In this document: piece by piece, positions 20,814 through 29,669 of the stretch
How positions within the stretch are numbered: the stretch's first letter is position 1
How the letters are laid out: every line of letters starts with the position of its first letter
Source: Ostreococcus lucimarinus
Taxonomy: Eukaryota
DNA: 64,000 bases
NCBI GenBank assembly: GCA_000092065.1
Contig: CP000600.1
Direction: 5' to 3' (one strand)
The notes under the pieces: generated by a model
What the model saw: the letters and a program-made list of their open reading frames with translations, nothing else
Told to the model about the DNA's origin: nothing
Databases searched by the model: none
Translations under genes and position numbers: made by a program

Positions 20814-23800
20814 ATGCTCGCGCGCGCCGACGTCGTCGCTCGCGCGTCGTCGCTCGCGCTCGCGACGCGCTCGCGACGCGATTTCCCGACGCCGACGCGG
20901 TCGACGATGCGCGCGCGTCGAGCGCCCGCGGCGCGCGTGACGCGCGCGATTCGCGCGCGAGGCGACGCGGGAACGCGCGCGCGCGACGTCGCGCCGGGCG
21001 CGACGCGGCGCGGGGCGTCGGCGACGCCGCGGGCGACGCGACGGCCGAGCGCGAGGGAGACGCGGCCGGAGCTGTACGGCTTGGACGCCTCGTGGGACCC
21101 GCTGACGAGCGGCGATCGGCGGGAGAGCGAGGAGTCGCGAACGCCGCTTCCAGAAACGCTGCCGAACGTGCGATGGGGGACGAGCGCGAGCGAGGCGTAC
21201 GATTTGGTGATTGTCGGGTGCGGACCGGCGGGGCTGACGGCGGCGGACGAGGCGAGCAAGCGCGGATTGCGCGTGGCGTTGATGGATCCGTCGCCGCTCG
21301 CGCCGTGGATGAATAATTACGGGGTGTGGTGCGACGAGTTTAAATCGCTCGGGTTCGATGATTGCTATCGCGCGGTGTGGAACAAGGCGCGAGTTATTAT
21401 AGACGACGGCGACGCCGACGGGAAGATGCTCGACCGCGCGTACGCGCAGGTGGATCGGAAGAAGCTCAAGCAGAAGCTCATCGCGCGCAGCGTGACGCAG
21501 GGCGTGGAGTTTGGTATCGCCGCGGTCGATAGCTGCGATAACAGCGATCCGAACCATTCGGTGGTGACTTTGAGCGATGGACGCAAGGTCTATGCGAAGA
21601 TGGTTTTGGACGCCACTGGGCACTCTCGTAAGCTGGTGGACTTTGATCGCGATTTTACGCCGGGATATCAAGCCGCTTTCGGAATCGTGTGCACAGTGGA
21701 GAAGCACGACTTTCCGTTGGACACGATGCTGTTCATGGACTGGCGAGACGAGCACTTGAGCCCAGAGTTTAAGCGAGCGAACGACAGGTTGCCGACGTTT
21801 TTGTACGCCATGCCTTTCTCGGAAACTGAGGTGTTCCTCGAGGAAACGAGCTTGGTGGCACGACCTGGCTTAGAGTTTGACGACTTGAAGCTCAAGTTGA
21901 AGGAGCGTTTGGATTATTTGGGCGTGAAAGTAACCAAGGTACACGAAGAGGAGTATTGTCTCATTCCCATGGGCGGCGTGTTGCCGACGTTTCCGCAACG
22001 CACGCTCGGCATCGGTGGAACCGCCGGCATGGTCCATCCTAGCACTGGATTTATGGTCGCAAAGACGATGTTATGCGTTAGAACGCTCGTAGGCACGCTT
22101 GATGAAGCCCTTAAGGCGGGTAAGCGAGGGGATATTACCGGCGCCCTGGAAGCGGCGGAGGCGGCGCAAATGAACAACGGTAAATTCGACGCCGACGCCA
22201 CCGCGGCATTAGTGTGGAACTCAATTTGGCCGGAGAATGATTTGCGCATGCGCACTTTCATGTGCTTTGGAATGGAGACTCTTATGCAGCTCGATATCGA
22301 TGGAACGCGTCAATTCTTTGACACGTTCTTCGACCTTCCCAAGGACGTCTGGGCTGGCTTTTTGAGCTGGCGAATCCAGCCGGTGGGCTTGCTTTCGCTC
22401 GGGGTGAATCTGTTCGCGTTGTTTTCGAACTACATGCGAGTTAACTTTGTCAAATCCGCTCTGCCTTTCATGGGGTCGTTCTTCGCAAACTTTGCGTTCG
22501 CCGACAACAAGTTTGACTCGAGCAAGTGGGGCGGTTTCATCCTCGAAGATGGCAAAAACAACGCCTTCAAGTCGGTCGAAAACGGGCCTATTCCCGCCCC
22601 GGTCGGAAATCCCACTGCGAAACCGATCACAAGCAGCGCATTAGACTTTGAGAAGATCTTAGCCGAAGACACACTGAGCAAGCCGCAGGACATGAAGCCG
22701 GAGACGATGAAGGATGATCGCGAATGGATTGCGTTTCAACAGCGCAAGGTGTTTAGTGAGCAAAAGCAAATCAAAGAGTACCTCAGTGCTTTGAACGACC
22801 GCGACAAGGTCGACGTTCTCGTTGTCGGTGCGGGCCCCGCAGGTCTGGCGATCGCAGCGGAGACGGCGAAGAAGGGTCTTTCTGTTGGTCTCGTCGCACC
22901 AGACACCCCGTTCGTGAACAACTACGGAGTATGGCTCGACGAGTTCAAAGATCTAGGGCTCGAACACTGCTTGCTTCATAAGTATGACGACGCATTGGTT
23001 TGGTTCGATGATTCTGATCCTGCGAGTGGAACTGAACTCGGTCGACCTTACGGTCAAGTGTGCCGCAGGCGTCTTCGCGACCATTTGTTGAAGGAGTGCG
23101 CGGCGGCTGGCGTCAAGTATTTACCAGGCCTGGTAGATTTTGTGCGTCACGGTGACGTCGAAAAGAACGAGTTAGCCGAAGTTCGAGGCACCATCATTAG
23201 CGATTCCGATATTACCGCAAGCGAGAAGAAGTTGATCGAAGAAGAGGCAAACAGAGGCCAGCAATTCACGTTGAATTCGCGTCTCGTCGTTGCCGGCACC
23301 GGTCACAACCGCGACATGCTCAGCTACGAAGAGGGTGCGCCGCCGGGCTGGCAGACTGCGTATGGCGTTGAGGTGCGCATTCCGAACCACGGTTTTCCCG
23401 TGAACAAGGCCGTGTTCATGGATTTTCGTCAAAGCGATCCGGAGGCGATGAAAGAGGAACAAGACGAGGGCGTTTGGCGCGTGCCGTCTTTCCTTTACGT
23501 GTTACCCGTGGACAAGGATGTGGTGTTCGTCGAGGAGACGTGCCTCGTCGCGCGCGTACAAGTGCCGTTCGATGAACTCAAACGGCGATTGTATCGTCGT
23601 ATGAAGCGGATGGGTATGGAAATCGTCGAAGAAGACATCTTGGAAGTCGAGGCGAGTTGGATTCCACTGGGCGGTACCCCGCCGGTTGCCCCGCAACGCA
23701 CCATCGCGTACGGTGCAGCAGCCGGCATGGTCCACCCTGCGTCTGGCTACTCCGTCGTAAACAGTATTAGCAAAGCTCCGCGTGTTGCGACGGCCATGGC

Positions 23801-25142
23801 CGAAGGCTTGAAGGAGGGTGGCGAGATTGAGGCGAGCCGAAGAGCGTGGGAAATCCTTTGGGGTGCGGAGCCACGAAGACAAATCGGTTTCTACCAGTTC
23901 GGTATGGAGCTTCTCATGTCGCTTCGCATCGAGCAGATGCGCAACTTCTTTAGTACCTTCTTTGCGCTTCCAACAAATCTGAGCAGAGGATTTTTGGGTA
24001 ACAGATTGTCGAGCTCAGAGTTGATCATGTTTGCTCTCACTACGTTCGCAATTGGTAACAACGAACTTCGTGGGTTGTTGCTCGCTCACCTGGTTTCAGC
24101 TGGGGGTTCTGGCAGTCGGTTGGCCAAGGCGTATGCATATCCTTTGTTTCCGAAGGATGAGAGTGGTTTAGATGTGTTACAAGTCAACCGCAAAGAGCAA
24201 GCGGACGCGAAAAACACGACGAAGATGATGGCAGACTTTTACGAGTCCCAGCAAGGAGGCATGCTTCCCGGATACATGGGCCGAGATTGGTGGTCGATCG
24301 GGAGACGTGGAAACGGTGAGGAGCACGACGACGACGACGGCACCGACGGCGGTCGTTTCGGCGGCGGTGGTGGCGCTCAAGTTTCCGCTTCAGCGCAAAG
24401 AGAAGAGGTCACCATTGGCGCCATGAAGATGGACGCGTCCAACGAAGGTGCGGTCACGTTTTGGTCCAACGGAAGCGCTGCAATGATCGTAACGAGTGCG
24501 GTACGCAAAACTGGTCTCAGTCAAACTGATCTCTACGGCGAACGACGCAAAAAGTTTTTGCCGTCGGCGTTCATTTCCCAAGCGCCGAATGTCGTCCCGC
24601 CGCACCTCACCGGTTCTCTTCCTGGTGATATTGGATGGGATCCTTTGGCGCTCGGTGCGCAAAGCGATATCGAACGCTATCGCGCGAGAGAATTGATTCA
24701 CGGTCGATGGGCCATGCTCGCGTGCATCGGCGTGCTCGTCCCCGAATTCCTCGCGCACAACTCCATCTTCGGCACCCCGGACCAGCACTGGTGGAACACG
24801 CAAATCATCAACGACCCCATCGATGGCTTACAGCTCACCTACCTCGGGGAAACAATTCCTTGGGGCTTATTCTGGCTTCCCATCATCCACCTTCCGCTCA
24901 TGTTTGTCGCGGAATCTCTTCGCAACGGCACCTACGAGGTCGAGGCGTTCAAGGATTTGGACAAGCTCTACCCCGGCGGCCGTCTCTTCGATCCCCTCGG
25001 CCTCGCCGCGGGCCAAACCGAGGAAGATTTGAACATCTTAAAAACCATCGAGATTCAGCACGCTCGATTGGCGATGATCGGGACTTTCGTCTTCATCGTC
25101 GAGGGCTTAGCCGGCGGTCGCGGACCCCTCGATTTCTTTTAG
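20814..25142 (+). CDS. Lycopene beta-cyclase / lycopene epsilon-cyclase / light-harvesting-complex (LHC) three-domain fusion protein, chloroplast-targeted
   Basis: Two tandem CrtL-type cyclase domains, each with an FAD dinucleotide-binding motif (DLVIVGCGPAGL and DVLVVGAGPAGLAIA) and FLEETSLVARP / FVEETCLVAR motifs. C-terminal chlorophyll a/b-binding domain (ELIHGRWAMLACIGVLVPE ... EIQHARLAMIGTFVFIVEG). Single uninterrupted ORF. Start taken at ATG 20814 (cTP-like) because the 5' extension of the ORF has AT-ending codons. Confidence 0.9.
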   Translation: MLARADVVARASSLALATRSRRDFPTPTRSTMRARRAPAARVTRAIRARGDAGTRARDVAPGATRRGASATPRATRRPSARETRPELYGLDASWDPLTSGDRRESEESRTPLPETLPNVRWGTSASEAYDLVIVGCGPAGLTAADEASKRGLRVALMDPSPLAPWMNNYGVWCDEFKSLGFDDCYRAVWNKARVIIDDGDADGKMLDRAYAQVDRKKLKQKLIARSVTQGVEFGIAAVDSCDNSDPNHSVVTLSDGRKVYAKMVLDATGHSRKLVDFDRDFTPGYQAAFGIVCTVEKHDFPLDTMLFMDWRDEHLSPEFKRANDRLPTFLYAMPFSETEVFLEETSLVARPGLEFDDLKLKLKERLDYLGVKVTKVHEEEYCLIPMGGVLPTFPQRTLGIGGTAGMVHPSTGFMVAKTMLCVRTLVGTLDEALKAGKRGDITGALEAAEAAQMNNGKFDADATAALVWNSIWPENDLRMRTFMCFGMETLMQLDIDGTRQFFDTFFDLPKDVWAGFLSWRIQPVGLLSLGVNLFALFSNYMRVNFVKSALPFMGSFFANFAFADNKFDSSKWGGFILEDGKNNAFKSVENGPIPAPVGNPTAKPITSSALDFEKILAEDTLSKPQDMKPETMKDDREWIAFQQRKVFSEQKQIKEYLSALNDRDKVDVLVVGAGPAGLAIAAETAKKGLSVGLVAPDTPFVNNYGVWLDEFKDLGLEHCLLHKYDDALVWFDDSDPASGTELGRPYGQVCRRRLRDHLLKECAAAGVKYLPGLVDFVRHGDVEKNELAEVRGTIISDSDITASEKKLIEEEANRGQQFTLNSRLVVAGTGHNRDMLSYEEGAPPGWQTAYGVEVRIPNHGFPVNKAVFMDFRQSDPEAMKEEQDEGVWRVPSFLYVLPVDKDVVFVEETCLVARVQVPFDELKRRLYRRMKRMGMEIVEEDILEVEASWIPLGGTPPVAPQRTIAYGAAAGMVHPASGYSVVNSISKAPRVATAMAEGLKEGGEIEASRRAWEILWGAEPRRQIGFYQFGMELLMSLRIEQMRNFFSTFFALPTNLSRGFLGNRLSSSELIMFALTTFAIGNNELRGLLLAHLVSAGGSGSRLAKAYAYPLFPKDESGLDVLQVNRKEQADAKNTTKMMADFYESQQGGMLPGYMGRDWWSIGRRGNGEEHDDDDGTDGGRFGGGGGAQVSASAQREEVTIGAMKMDASNEGAVTFWSNGSAAMIVTSAVRKTGLSQTDLYGERRKKFLPSAFISQAPNVVPPHLTGSLPGDIGWDPLALGAQSDIERYRARELIHGRWAMLACIGVLVPEFLAHNSIFGTPDQHWWNTQIINDPIDGLQLTYLGETIPWGLFWLPIIHLPLMFVAESLRNGTYEVEAFKDLDKLYPGGRLFDPLGLAAGQTEEDLNILKTIEIQHARLAMIGTFVFIVEGLAGGRGPLDFF

Positions 25143-25408
25143 AATCGAACCCCGCCGACGCGTCGCCGACCGATCTCGCGTCCATCGCGCTTAAAGCGCG
25201 CGCGCGCATGTAGCAAAATTATAAATTCAATCGCAGCGATTCATTCTCGCGCCCATCGTCCGCGAGCGACCCCTCGCGCGCGCCGCTCTGGGGGTTCCCT
25301 CCCGAACGCCCCGCGCTCGCGCGCTCGATCGTCCCGGGAGATCTCAGAATTCCCATCCATCGTCTTCATTCCTTCGCGCGTCGCCGACGTTCGCGCCCGA
25401 TCGACGCC

Positions 25409-27162
25409 ATGGCCGCCATGCTCGACCAATCCCTCGACGCCATGATCAAGGACGCCGCGAAAGCCACGCCGAAGCGTCGCAACGCGAAGAAATCCGCCAA
25501 CGTCAAGGTGGGCGGGAAGAAGAATGCGCGATCGGCGATGAAGAAAACGAACGCCGGCCCGACGCCCATGGCGGTCGGTGGCGTGAAGAAGACGAAGAAT
25601 AACAAGAAGAAACCGGCGCGATCGAACGCGGCGACGGCGATGGCGGTCGACGGCATGATGCGCGGAGGCGGAGGACGACAGGCGAACGCGCAGGCGGGCG
25701 GACGCACGAAGCTCGTCGTCGGGAACCTGGACTTTAAGGTGAACGATAGAGATATCAAGGTAAGGAGACGCGCGACGTTAGCATGGGAAGGACCGTCGGT
25801 GCGCGCGTGAATAGAACTCGCTCGTAGAGCGAGGGCGCGCACCGATGGAGTGTGGGGGATGATATCGACGACGAATGACGATCGCGTCGGTCGAGTATCG
25901 CGGGAATTCGGATCGACTCGCGTGGATGGATCGACCAACGAAAGCGTTCGCGCGAGACGCGGTGGTGAGAGCGATGCGTCAACGCGCGACGTGCGGTGGG
26001 ATGTATTCCTCATCGGCGCGCGCGTGACGGTATCGCTCGTTTATTGAGACTTTAGAGCGTCGACGTCGCGTGGGCACCCCATCCGTTCGTCGCGAGGCGA
26101 AGAAGCGTTCGTCGTGGCTGCGAGCGACGAACCACGCGCGGATCGTTGTCGCCCGAACACACAGGGCTGGATAAAACAACGCGCGCGCCTCGGCAACGGT
26201 ACGATGGGGAGCGACGTCACGCGAGAGTTTTCAGAAACGCCGCCTCGAGCGCTCGCGCGAACAAATTTATTGCGGCGATGCGTTTCGCTCGAGCGAACGG
26301 CGATCGGCTCTGAACGCGACTTATTTTTTCAGTTTCGCGAGTTTACGACGCAAGCGGTGGGGACAAAATCCGCGCAAACGATGTCTAAACCACACAGAGC
26401 TCGAATCCGTCGTTCGACTCGAGCGAACACCCTTCATTGGAGAGATGCGGCTTGCGGATATTTCTGGCCGGCTCGGCGGTTTCCATTTTTTCAGCGAAAC
26501 CGCCGCTTGGTTGATCAATTCGCTCGAGATACGGAACTCACACTAGCCCTCGCGCGATGCGCCCCGAAACTCGACCTCGACTACGCTCACGTAGATTTAT
26601 TTTCGCTCGTTCTACGTGGCTCGACTCTCGCACTCTCGATTTCCTGAAGGATGAAAGTATTGATGATTTCGCCGCGGCTATTGCCCTTCCCCGTTTATCA
26701 CAGGAACTCTTCGGACAAGTCGGACGCGTGCTCAACGCTGGCATCAACTACGGCCCCAACGGCAAGTCCAAGGGTACCGCCGAAGTCACGCTGGCCACGC
26801 TCGAATCCGCGCTCAAGGCGGTGAAGACGTACAACGGAGTCAAGCTCGACGGCCGCCCGTTGAACATCGTCATCGTCGACGCTCCGCAACAACCCAAGCA
26901 GAAGCCGATCACCCAACGTCTTTCTGGCTTGAAGCAGCAACCGAAGAACAAGAATGGCAAGCAACAGCAAAAGAAGGCCCCTGTGCCCGCTCCCAAGCGC
27001 GGCAAGGCGACGCAAAAGGTTGTCGCCTCGGCCAAGAAAGCCGCGCCGAAGAAAAAGCCGGCGCGCAAGCCCAAAGAGAAGAAGGCGGCCCCCACCGCCG
27101 CGGACTTGGACGCCTCGTTGGACGCGTACAAGGCTTCTGCCGACGTCCAAATGGCCGCTTAG
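25409..27162 (+). CDS. mRNA export adaptor ALY/REF (THO complex subunit 4) homologue; two exons (25409..25759, 26704..27162)
   Basis: Exon 1 has the N-terminal UAP56-binding-like MLDQSLDAMIK, an R/G/K-rich region and the start of the RRM (TKLVVGNLDFKVNDRDIK). GTAAGG donor at 25760. Exon 2 continues the RRM (ELFGQVGRVLNAGINYGPNGKSKGTAEVTL) and ends with the conserved C-motif AADLDASLDAYKA. Confidence 0.8.
25760..26703 (+). other. Unusually long (944 nt), lower-GC intron of the ALY/REF gene
   Basis: GTAAGG donor, pyrimidine-rich ...ccccgtttatcacAG acceptor. Differs in composition and termini from the short GC-rich introns elsewhere in the window. Confidence 0.7.
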
Positions 27163-27234
27163 GTATTCTAAGACGTCTTTGTGTATAAAACATCTCCGTC
27201 TCTTCTCAATCTGAGCGCCCCGAACCAACCTCCG

Positions 27235-27471
27235 ATGAATTGTATGAGCGACATTACGCCGCCCTCGACCCGCCGCGCTCTCGCGCGCGCCATGCTGAAA
27301 ACGATCGCATCGCTCGTCGTCAAAGACAACGGCGAATACTCGCGCATTCACGTCTTCGCCTTCGTCCTCGTCGCCCTCCACGTCACCGCTCTCTTCGTCT
27401 GGATTTTCTTGACTGCCCGACAGCGCCCGCCGAGCGCGCGCGATCGCGTCGACCCGACGAAAGACGAGTGA
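27235..27471 (+). CDS. Possible small single-TM protein (about 75 aa)
   Basis: MNCMSDITPPSTRRALARAMLKTIASLVVKDNGEYSRIHVFAFVLVALHVTALFVWIFLTARQRPPSARD... High GC3 codons and one clear hydrophobic helix. Located in the convergent gap between the ALY and prohibitin genes. No homology recognised. Confidence 0.3.
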   Translation: MNCMSDITPPSTRRALARAMLKTIASLVVKDNGEYSRIHVFAFVLVALHVTALFVWIFLTARQRPPSARDRVDPTKDE

Positions 27472-27638
27472 GTCCGTCGGTCGCGCGGTGAGGGTGATCT
27501 CGCGGCGCCGCTCGCTCGACGGAGGTTTTAGCGTACTCTTAGTGTACTAGTACAAGTACTTGTAGCTCGACGAATTCTTGGAAATCTCTACTCGCTCTAA
27601 ATGGTTGGTTGACAAAGGTTGATAAGGACTACTCGCGA

Positions 27639-28625
27639 TTACTTCTTATCGGCAGGCTTGTCGTCTTGAAGGTTCAACAACAGAGAATCCGCGCTGAGCA
27701 TGACGCGATTGTTGGAGTTGGCCATGGTTTGAGCGATGGCGCGCGCGGCTTCAATTTTACGCAAGGTTAAAAACGCCGGATTGTTCGCGATGGCTTCGCC
27801 GATGAGCTTGGCGGATTTCGCTTCACCCTCCGCCTGAATCACCGCCGAAAGCTTGTCTTGTCTCGCCTTATCGACGACGAACTTGGCGCGCTCCGCCTCC
27901 TGTTGCGCCACTTGCTTACTCTCGATGGCCGCGGTGTACTCTCTCCCAAACGTCAACGCCGTGAGCGAGACGTCGTCTAGCACCATATTAAACTGCGCCG
28001 CTCGCTGCTTCAAAAGATGTCTAATAGACAACGACACTTGTTCCCGTTTCGTGATCAACTCGCTCGCGTTGTGTTGCGCCACGACGCTCTTCACCGTTTC
28101 GTGAATCACGCTCGGCAGCACGCGTTCGTTGAAATCCATCCCGAGCGTTCGATACACCTCCGGCAGCTTACCCGCGTCCGGCCGCGTCAGCACGCGAATC
28201 GATATGTTCACCATCTGCAAATCTCTCGATCCGCTCTGCGAGTTCACCTGATGCGCGCGCGCCCTGACGTCGTACACGTACGGCCTCTCGACCCAAGGGA
28301 TCATGAAGTGCGTCCCCTCCGCGTACACCTTGTCCTTCACCCCGACGAATCGATTGTACACGATCGCCCGGTGCCCGCCCTCGACGTTGAACAGACTGTT
28401 CGCGCGTCGCCCTCCGTCAGTCCTCCGTCGTCGCGTCGTCGCGTCGTCGCGTCGTCGCGTCGTCGCGCGCGAATCGCCGTCACCCTAATTCATTTCATTC
28501 GCGCGCGCCTTCGCGCGTCGCGCGCGCCGTCGCGCGCCCGCGCACCTGTTGTACAGCCCGTACGACGCCGCGCCGCCGTACACGAGCGTCTGCAGCGCCG
28601 CGCTCACGACGGAGGCGTTCGGCAT
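27639..28625 (-). CDS. PHB: Prohibitin (PHB1-type, SPFH/Band-7 domain); two exons (minus strand 28546..28625 and 27639..28395)
   Basis: Exon 2 (track ORF 27639..28361, GTG-started) matches prohibitin from GHRAIVYNRFVGVKDKVYAEGTHFMIPW to the C-terminal coiled coil. Exon 1 encodes MPNASVVSAALQTLVYGGAASYGLYN. Splicing AG|GTGCGC ... ACTGAC ... aaCAG gives GLYNSLFNVEGGHRAIVYNR, which aligns without gaps to the yeast Phb1 N-terminus. Confidence 0.9.
28396..28545 (-). other. Prohibitin intron (150 nt) containing (GTCGTCGC)5 octamer repeat and ACTGAC branch site
   Basis: On minus strand: GTGCGCgggcgcgcgacgg...(cgacgacg)n...ggACTGACggagggcgacgcgcgaaCAG. Plus-strand repeat gtcgtcgc x5 at about 28424..28470. 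Confidence 0.75.
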
Positions 28626-28703
28626 CGCGTTTCGCGCGTTCTGCATCGTCGCGCGTCTTCGTGTGCCGCGCCATCGCGCGTCGCGCCGCTCGAGCGCGCG
28701 TCC

Positions 28704-29621
28704 ATGGCGGCGTTCGACGGCGAGCGCGGCGAGTTTCGCTTCGCGTTCGGCGTCTCCGACGACGGCGCGATCGAGCGCGCGCGCGGCGCGGCGACGGCGA
28801 CGGCGACGGCGGCGGCGACGGCGACGCCCGCGGAGGAGATCGTCGCGCGCGACGTCGCGCGACGCGCGCGCGACGATCCCGCGACGTGGTCGGGGACGTA
28901 CGAGACGCACGGCGACGTCGAGGTCGTGCGGAGCGCGCACGGGACGACGGCGTCGACGCTGGAGGGGTGTCCCGAGGACGCGGACGTCGTGCGGGGCGTG
29001 TACGAGGGCGGGCTCAAGGCGTGGGAGTGCGCGAGGGATCTCGCGGCGCACGTCGGGACGGCGGCGTTCGACGTCGATGGACTCGTGGACGCCGCGGGCG
29101 GGCGGGTGCGAGCGATGGAGCTCGGGGCGGGGCAGGCGGGACCGGGACTGGCGGCGGCGCGAAGGCTGGGCGCGCGATGCGAGACGCTGACGCTGACGGA
29201 TTATAATCGAGACGTCGTGGAGGAAGTCACGGCGCCGAACGCGCTGGCGACGTTCGCGCTGATGGAGAGCGAGGGAGAGGCGACGCCGGGGAGATTGCGG
29301 CTGTTGTGCGGAGATTGGTCGGGGTACGACGCGTTCGTGGAGGCGGACGGAGTGGATTTGTTGTTGACGAGCGAATCGATTTACGACGCGTCGCAGTACG
29401 GGAGTCTGTGCGCGTTCATCGCGCACGCGTTAAGCCCGCGCGGGGTGTGTTTGCTCGCGGCGAAGAGTTATTACTTCGGCGTCGGCGGTGGTACGAACGC
29501 GTTCGCGTCGTACTGCGAGACGTACTTCGGCGCGCTCCGCGTCGAGCGCGTGAAGACGATTTCGGACGGCAAGTCGAACGTGCGCGAAATCTTAGCGATT
29601 AGAAAGATTAGTGAACAATAG
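28704..29621 (+). CDS. Histidine protein methyltransferase 1 homologue (METTL18/Hpm1-like class I SAM methyltransferase)
   Basis: From internal ATG 28704 (MAAFDGERGEFRF...). VYEGGLKAWECARDLAAH plus MELGAGQAGPGLAAARRLGA (motif I), LTLTDYNRDVV, and DLLLTSESIYDASQYGSLCAFIAHALSPRGVCLLAAKSYYFGVGGG, typical of the METTL18 family. The upstream track extension is the antisense of the prohibitin region. Confidence 0.7.
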   Translation: MAAFDGERGEFRFAFGVSDDGAIERARGAATATATAAATATPAEEIVARDVARRARDDPATWSGTYETHGDVEVVRSAHGTTASTLEGCPEDADVVRGVYEGGLKAWECARDLAAHVGTAAFDVDGLVDAAGGRVRAMELGAGQAGPGLAAARRLGARCETLTLTDYNRDVVEEVTAPNALATFALMESEGEATPGRLRLLCGDWSGYDAFVEADGVDLLLTSESIYDASQYGSLCAFIAHALSPRGVCLLAAKSYYFGVGGGTNAFASYCETYFGALRVERVKTISDGKSNVREILAIRKISEQ

Positions 29622-29634
29622 GGATTAATAATTA

Positions 29635-29649
29635 ACACACACACACACA
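29635..29649. repeat. (AC)7 microsatellite in convergent 3' region
   Basis: attaacacacacacacacacatctgg between the METTL18-like and phosphatase gene ends. Confidence 0.6.
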
Positions 29650-29669
29650 TCTGGAATGAATCATTTTAC

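Noticed and set aside
28424-28470. Regular GC octamer repeats considered as a possible CRISPR-like array or minisatellite gene.
   Set aside because: Repeat units are 8 nt with no unique spacers of uniform length and no cas genes. The context is eukaryotic. They lie inside spliceosomal introns or intergenic tracts.
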